Source: an uncultured Candidatus Saccharibacteria bacterium
GTDB lineage: Bacteria > Patescibacteriota > Minisyncoccia > Phycocordibacterales > GWA1-40-21
Assembly (NCBI GenBank): GCA_964587695.1
Contig: CAZPLP010000002.1
Location: forward strand, 1 to 34,313
Direction: 5' to 3'
DNA: 34,313 bases
Shown: positions 8,425-13,074 of the stretch, in pieces
Layout: the number at the start of each line of letters is the position of its first letter
How positions within the stretch are numbered: position 1 is the stretch's first letter
Made by a program: the position numbers and the translations under genes
The notes under the pieces: generated by a model
Seen by the model: only the letters and a program-made list of their open reading frames with translations
Database searches by the model: none
Told to the model about the DNA's origin: nothing

Positions 8425-8826
8425 CTATAGGAAAGATTTTAATTTCTCTTTTATCTCTAATACTCTCTGATATTCTAATTCATATAATTTTCTTTTTAAT
8501 CTTTTAACACTTATCAATTTCATTTGTGCCAGTATAGCTGAAACTTCTTTATTATTTACATCAGTATAATTAAAATAAAAATCAATTTTTTTCTGTTTTG
8601 TAGATAAAGGAATCGCCCAAAACATTTTGTTGTTAAACTTTTTAATTACTAAAATTGGCCTGGAATAATTATCCCCGCTTCCATTCTGTTCAAAACCGAT
8701 ATTTTCACCAAGATTACTCATCCAAACTTCTCCTTCTTTGGGAAATTTATCTGGTTCATCGACAGAAGAATCTATTATCTTTTTTAAATTATTCCATTTA
8801 TCAAAATCTTTTTGCATGATAAACAT
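8425..8826 (-). CDS. MazF/PemK-fold toxin-like protein
   Basis: GEVWMSNLGENIGFEQNGSGDNYSRPILVIKK, AIPLSTKQKK and SAILAQMKLISVKRL align block by block with E. coli MazF (GDLIWVDFDPTKGSEQAGHRPAVVLS, CVPCTTQSKG, ALADQVKSIAWRAR). The track start at 8853 is a TTG overlapping the RT. The ATG at 8826 (MFIMQKDFDKW) or at 8817 is more likely. Confidence 0.75.
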   Translation of the reverse strand: MFIMQKDFDKWNNLKKIIDSSVDEPDKFPKEGEVWMSNLGENIGFEQNGSGDNYSRPILVIKKFNNKMFWAIPLSTKQKKIDFYFNYTDVNNKEVSAILAQMKLISVKRLKRKLYELEYQRVLEIKEKLKSFL

Positions 8827-8845
8827 TCTATCATCTACATACCCA

Positions 8846-9838
8846 CTATCCAAGTAAATTTAAAATTTTATTTTTCAATTTAATCGCATTTCCATGACTC
8901 AACATTCCCAAATACGATTGCACGGTTTCCTCTTTATCACTCTCCTTTAATTTCCTAAACATCTTTCTTTTTGTCGCTGTTCGCAATACTCTATGTTTTG
9001 GAAAATGCACCCAGCCGAGAATATCAACTCCCGAAGCCAGCGTTTTGAGAAATAGTTTATTCGGATGCAATGTTAATTTAAGTTTAATACAAAGAAAATC
9101 ACTAATTTTTAATATTGCATTCTCAAGCCAAGCTTTATCCTGTGAAAGAAAAACGAAATCATCAGCATATCTAATATAATATTTTGCTTTCAATTTATGT
9201 TTTACAAATTGGTCAAATTCATTCATATAAATATTTACCAAAAGCTGAGATGTAAGATTTCCAAGAGGCAAACCCTTTCCTTTTTCAGTAGAATAAAAAC
9301 TTTGTATGATTTCGGTTAAAACAGACATTATATCTTTATCATATATATAATTATTTAATATTTTCAAAAGAATTTCTTGGTCTATTGAAGCAAAAAACTT
9401 TCTAATGTCGCACTTTAAAACCCAAACTGTTTTTGTATTATTTTTAGATACTTTATTTGAAAAATATCTGAATCTATCCATCGCTTTATGTGTCCCCTTT
9501 CCAACCCTGCAAGAATACGAATCGGCAATAAATGTTTTATCAAAAAATGGATACAGTTTTCTGTATAAAGCATGGTGTAATAGTCTGTCTCTCACTTTTG
9601 CCTTATGTATATTTCTTGGCTTTGGGTCAGAAATATTAAATGCTTCATATAAAGAATGTTTATAGGTTTTATTTTTTAATTCCGTGTGAAGTGAAATAAT
9701 ATTGCTCATCAAATGCCTTTGAAACTCCTCTACATCTTTGCGATCTTTTTTACCTACAACAAATTCTCTCCACGCTTCTAGCAGATTTTCCATTTCAATG
9801 ATATCTTGATAATTATTATTAAATTGAATTTTGGACAT
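8846..9838 (-). CDS. DGR-type reverse transcriptase
   Basis: YADD catalytic box (9158..9169), the SYSCRVGKGTHKA block and the LPLGNLTSQLLVNIY (xGxxxSQ) motif. Its 330-aa size fits DGR RTs. It is adjacent to the TR/VR pair. Confidence 0.9.
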   Translation of the reverse strand: MSKIQFNNNYQDIIEMENLLEAWREFVVGKKDRKDVEEFQRHLMSNIISLHTELKNKTYKHSLYEAFNISDPKPRNIHKAKVRDRLLHHALYRKLYPFFDKTFIADSYSCRVGKGTHKAMDRFRYFSNKVSKNNTKTVWVLKCDIRKFFASIDQEILLKILNNYIYDKDIMSVLTEIIQSFYSTEKGKGLPLGNLTSQLLVNIYMNEFDQFVKHKLKAKYYIRYADDFVFLSQDKAWLENAILKISDFLCIKLKLTLHPNKLFLKTLASGVDILGWVHFPKHRVLRTATKRKMFRKLKESDKEETVQSYLGMLSHGNAIKLKNKILNLLG

Positions 9839-9859
9839 AATTATTACAACATAAAATAT

Positions 9860-10256
9860 ATGACTTTGATGCCCCCCCCCCGAAAAGAAACTGCTACCAC
9901 TACTACAAAAAGTAAAAACTGCTTATATTCTTTGGTATGAATATTATCAGATTTTGCCAAAACCCCACAGATATTCTCTAGGTAATAGAATTGATACTTT
10001 GTTTATAGAAATAATAGAAGCGATTTCTGTTGCAAGTTTCCTTCCCAAAGAAGAAAAGCGTTCTTATATTTCCATTGCCATCAGAAAACTTGATACACTA
10101 AAAATCTTGATGATGGTTTTGTGGGAAACAAAATCTTTAGATAATAAAAAGTATATTGCTCTATCACTCCAAACAGACGATATTGGAAAAATGCTCGGAG
10201 GTTGGAATGGACAGATATTAAAACAAAACTCTCCCGCAAAAGCAGGAGAGAAATGA
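9860..10256 (+). CDS. avd: Avd-like accessory variability determinant (four-helix bundle), with the frame interrupted at a C10 tract
   Basis: ATG 9860 (or 9869), then C10, then the remaining 125 codons (124 sense codons plus TGA) in a different frame. One fewer C gives MTLMPPPEKKLLPLLQKVKTAYILWYEYYQILPKPHRYSLGNRID...IGKMLGGWNGQILKQNSPAKAGEK (131 aa). The C-terminus resembles Bordetella phage bAvd GRILGSWIARVNRKGQAGK. As assembled, only a TTG at 9954 opens the frame. Confidence 0.75.
9872..9881. repeat. Homopolymeric C10 tract
   Basis: Ten consecutive C read directly from the sequence, in an otherwise AT-rich region, immediately after ATG 9869..9871. Confidence 0.95.
10215..10250 (-). terminator. 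Hairpin plus U-run immediately downstream of the TR on the minus strand, antisense to the avd 3' end
   Basis: The minus strand reads ctctcc-t-gc tttt gc-g-ggagag (10250..10229), followed by ttttgtttt. Confidence 0.45.
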
Positions 10257-10261
10257 TGTGA

Positions 10262-10398
10262 TTTGCGAGCGAAAAAGAAGCGATTGTTGTCATTCCACTT
10301 GTTGTCGTCGTTCCCATTGTTGTTGTTCAACCACGAATCCGAATCGTTCCTGTTACAGTTGAAAAGCTTGAGGTTGCCATCACGGTCGCGTATTGTTT
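10262..10398 (-). repeat. DGR template repeat (TR)
   Basis: 137 nt homologous to 10750..10886. In the VR frame it reads TIRDRDGNLKLFNCNRNDSDSWLNNNNGNDDNKWNDNNRFFFARK, rich in AAY codons and preceded by an in-frame TAA. Confidence 0.9.
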
Positions 10399-10746
10399 AG
10401 AATCCTTCCTTACCACCACCCATTGAATGCACCACAAGGGTACTTCATTTTTCTAGCACGGAATACCGTGAAGAAAAATTGGTCGCTCTCAAGGTTGTAT
10501 CGAATTTGATATATTAAATATCCTAGATTCTAAACCAAGTAACTTCATTTTTTGAAGGACTACATATAACACTCTATTCAAAATCTTAATCGTGAATAAT
10601 CTCGATATATGGATACTAATTTCGGTAGCAAAAAATCGTAATCGTTTGCATAGTCACCTACTCTCAACAATATTTTAGCACGAATTAAGTATTAAGGAAT
10701 AAGAAAATAAGGGCTAGATTTAAGAATCTAAATTATAAGTTCTAAT

Positions 10747-12687
10747 TTACTTGCGAGCGAAAAAGAAGCGATAGTTGTCATTCCACATGTGGCCGTCGTT
10801 CCCACGGCTGCTGTACAACCACGAAGCCGAATCGTTCCTGTCACAGCTGAAAAGCTTGAGGTAGCCAAAACGGTCGCGTATAGCTTCCATTGCAATATTT
10901 GTCCAATTACCACTTTTTTCATAATTTAAACGGATTGTTGGAGCAAGTTTAGCTGGAACAAGTTCAAAATTATTTTCTTTTGCCTTTTCTTTAATATCTG
11001 CATAAGTATGAACTTCTGTATCACCAAAAAGTTCACCAACTGAAATAGATACAATTTCATAGGAATTATTTAGTTTTTCTTTCCAGTCAACTTTAGTCAA
11101 CATATCTTTTGAATAATCACTAATTTTATAACCCTCTTCTTCAAGTTTTTTAATTGCTATTTTATCAGAAGTGATTTCTTTATCAGGAATAATTTCTTTC
11201 AAAAAAACTTTTTGTTCTGGAAATTTGGAATAAATGTGTTCAATATTTTTTGGTAAAGATTTTAGAACTTTTGGATTGAATTCTCCAATGTATGCTTTAG
11301 TATTTTTATTTATTTCTTTCTCAGAATAAGCGATTTGATTTGGTTCACATTCAATTACAACAGGGGCATCTTCTTTGGGATTTCTTTGTGAAATGATTTC
11401 TTCAATTCTCGGATCTCTTTGATAACCGAAACCTTCTATTTTAGAATCTATTTCATATATGAACTTGAGCTCGTCTTTTGTTAGTTCTGGTTTTAGATAT
11501 ATTTTTTCTTTAGTTTCTTTGTCTTCTTTAAAGCTTTTCTTGTAAATAGCAGTCATGTCTTTCATATCTTTCGATATCTTCTGATATTTCTCTTTTCCCG
11601 GAAGTTCACTCATCTTCTTTTCAGCAATTTCTGTCATATTTCCTTCGAGATTTTGTTGATTATCTGCAACACCTCTTGTTTCGCCAATCTGATCTCCTTG
11701 CATACGAATAGCGATTCTTGGAATAGAAGGTTTGTTTTGTTTGTCCAATGTATAGTAAACATAGAAGTCTCCCCCTTTAAGATGAGTTTCTGCCGTGCCA
11801 TAACCTTTTGTACACCAAGCTACACCTTTATTTTGTAAAGATGACCATAGAGCTGTTGGGTCTGTTCCTTTCCCGTATTTAATCCATTTACCTTCTGTGA
11901 TTTCTCTCATCTCTGGGGTAATTTCTCCAGATTGTCTTATTGCTTCAGAATATTGTTTGGCAAAAGAAATCTTAGCGAAGTTTGCTACTTTTTCTTTAGT
12001 GAGCAATTCATTTTTAGGAATATCTCCATTTGCAGATTCTTGTTGAGCTTCTTGAAGATTTTTGAGCATCTCTGCATCTTTGTCGGCTTCAATCATTTGT
12101 TCAATATATGCGAGAGCTCCTCTGTCTATATCGGGAAATAGTTTTATGCTTCCTTCCGATCTTTTTGTGAATTCACCTTTATCTTTGTCATAATCTCCTA
12201 AATCTAAAACATTTCTGAAAGCATAATAACGAAACCACACAGGATATGGTTCGTTTGCATCAGAAAGATATGAAATCCAATTGTCTAGGGATTTTTCCAA
12301 ATCGGTGACTGCGATATCTCCCCTTTGATCCATTTGTTCTTCCTCATAGCGTGCTTCAATACCCATATCCCTAGCGGCTCTTTCTTCAACTCTTCTTGCA
12401 CCTTCGGCCAGGGCTTCTTTATTTCCTCGGACATATTTGTTCATGACCATTTCCCTGAGCAAAGACAAAGCTCGTGGACGAGTTTCTGACCCGTGAGTTT
12501 TCTTTGGTTGTTCTTTATTTGGATCTAGAACTAGCTTTTCTAGACGATCTAAATAATTTTTTATTTTAGCTTCTGGATCATTAGGCACTTTCTCGCCTGT
12601 GCGTTCTTCTGTACGCTCGGCTGATGCTTCCACTTCTGGAGCATTGTGTAGGTCGTATTTCTTTTTGAGGAAGTCGAAGTTTTCCAT
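10747..12687 (-). CDS. DGR target protein (646 aa) with a C-terminal variable, C-type-lectin-like end (...RFFFARK)
   Basis: Long ATG-initiated ORF whose 3' end is the VR. The N-terminus is hydrophilic, with no signal peptide or TM segment visible. The N-terminal ~570 aa are not recognised. Confidence 0.85.
   Translation of the reverse strand: MENFDFLKKKYDLHNAPEVEASAERTEERTGEKVPNDPEAKIKNYLDRLEKLVLDPNKEQPKKTHGSETRPRALSLLREMVMNKYVRGNKEALAEGARRVEERAARDMGIEARYEEEQMDQRGDIAVTDLEKSLDNWISYLSDANEPYPVWFRYYAFRNVLDLGDYDKDKGEFTKRSEGSIKLFPDIDRGALAYIEQMIEADKDAEMLKNLQEAQQESANGDIPKNELLTKEKVANFAKISFAKQYSEAIRQSGEITPEMREITEGKWIKYGKGTDPTALWSSLQNKGVAWCTKGYGTAETHLKGGDFYVYYTLDKQNKPSIPRIAIRMQGDQIGETRGVADNQQNLEGNMTEIAEKKMSELPGKEKYQKISKDMKDMTAIYKKSFKEDKETKEKIYLKPELTKDELKFIYEIDSKIEGFGYQRDPRIEEIISQRNPKEDAPVVIECEPNQIAYSEKEINKNTKAYIGEFNPKVLKSLPKNIEHIYSKFPEQKVFLKEIIPDKEITSDKIAIKKLEEEGYKISDYSKDMLTKVDWKEKLNNSYEIVSISVGELFGDTEVHTYADIKEKAKENNFELVPAKLAPTIRLNYEKSGNWTNIAMEAIRDRFGYLKLFSCDRNDSASWLYSSRGNDGHMWNDNYRFFFARK
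10750..10886 (-). repeat. DGR variable repeat (VR), the last 46 codons of the target gene
   Basis: It differs from the TR at 18 positions. Of these, 17 are sites where the TR has A on the coding strand. Confidence 0.9.
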
Positions 12688-12783
12688 GGGTTTATAGTAG
12701 CAAAATTAATTGTTTAATAAAAGGTTAAATAAATGTCCTATTCAGCCATGATTAGATTGATACTGGTTGATTTTTAATCTTAT

Positions 12784-12812
12784 TTGACATCACATACCCA
12801 ATTGACTATCAT
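12784..12812 (+). promoter_or_regulatory. Promoter of the thrS leader
   Basis: TTGACA (12784..12789), a 17-nt spacer, then TATCAT (12807..12812). Confidence 0.55.
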
Positions 12813-12820
12813 AGGTATAT

Positions 12821-12947
12821 AGAAATTGGTGGCTACTAACCACAACAAAACAATTTCTATTAAAAAAGTAAAAAGTTGGGTGGAACCGCGATTAGAATCG
12901 CCCCGACAAAAAACGATTTATCGTTTTTTGTCGGGGCGATTTTTATT
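12821..12947 (+). promoter_or_regulatory. T-box riboswitch leader (Thr), very compact
   Basis: The T-box sequence AAGTTGGGTGGAACCGCG matches the AANNNGGGUGGNACCGCG consensus. The antiterminator folds as GTTGGG-[TGGAACC]-GCGAT-taga-ATCGC-CCCGAC. A mutually exclusive ~20-bp terminator follows. A short Stem I (12821..12858) has a 3'-side loop AACAAAA containing ACA. Confidence 0.8.
12897..12947 (+). terminator. T-box terminator hairpin
   Basis: atcgccccgacaaaaaacgat / atcgttttttgtcggggcgat are perfect reverse complements, followed by ttttatt. Confidence 0.8.
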
Positions 12948-12963
12948 AGATTAAATCATTATT

Positions 12964-13039
12964 GTCATTGCGAGTGCAACGAAGCAATCCAGAATAAATT
13001 TTATTCAAACCTAGATTGCTTCACTACGCTCGCAAAGAC
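12964..13039. repeat. Imperfect palindromic element (type B) in the thrS 5' UTR
   Basis: gtcattgcgagtgcaacgaagcaatc ... gattgcttcactacgctcgcaaagac. The outer and inner parts of the arms pair and the centre is mismatched. Confidence 0.5.
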
Positions 13040-13074
13040 ATAAAGGAAATTATTATTAAATAATCGAAAAATAT

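Larger units (their letters stand above)
8425..12687 (-). mobile_element. Diversity-generating retroelement cassette: target gene with VR, spacer, TR, inverted avd, RT, MazF-like gene
   Basis: See the component features. The TR/VR pair shows adenine-specific differences and sits beside a DGR-type RT and an Avd. Confidence 0.9.

Noticed and set aside
8846-9838. The RT as a retron, group II intron or abortive-infection RT.
   Set aside because: The adjacent TR/VR pair with adenine-only divergence, the Avd-like gene and the xGxxxSQ motif fit a DGR. No msr/msd-like inverted repeats flank the gene, no intron domain V/VI-like structure is visible, and no maturase or endonuclease extension was seen (330 aa only).
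10064-10330. Minus-strand ORFs 10064..10330 and 10081..10317 (MNNNNGNDDNKWNDNNRFFFARK...).
   Set aside because: These are read-throughs of the DGR template repeat into the antisense of avd. The in-frame TR is preceded by a TAA, and the Asn-rich text is the template, not a gene.
10728-10922. ORF 10728..10922 on the minus strand.
   Set aside because: It is an alternative frame across the variable repeat and overlaps the 3' end of the well-supported 646-aa target ORF.
12829-12870. Thr-codon leader-peptide attenuator upstream of thrS (the run ACC ACA ACA at 12839..12847).
   Set aside because: No ATG-initiated short ORF places these triplets in frame as Thr codons. The region downstream has a canonical T-box sequence with the antiterminator/terminator alternative, which explains the terminator better.
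8304-13074. The DGR as part of a prophage or other integrated mobile island.
   Set aside because: No integrase, transposase, capsid, tail or terminase genes are present. No tRNA or direct-repeat boundaries are visible. The cassette is bracketed directly by dnaE and the thrS leader.
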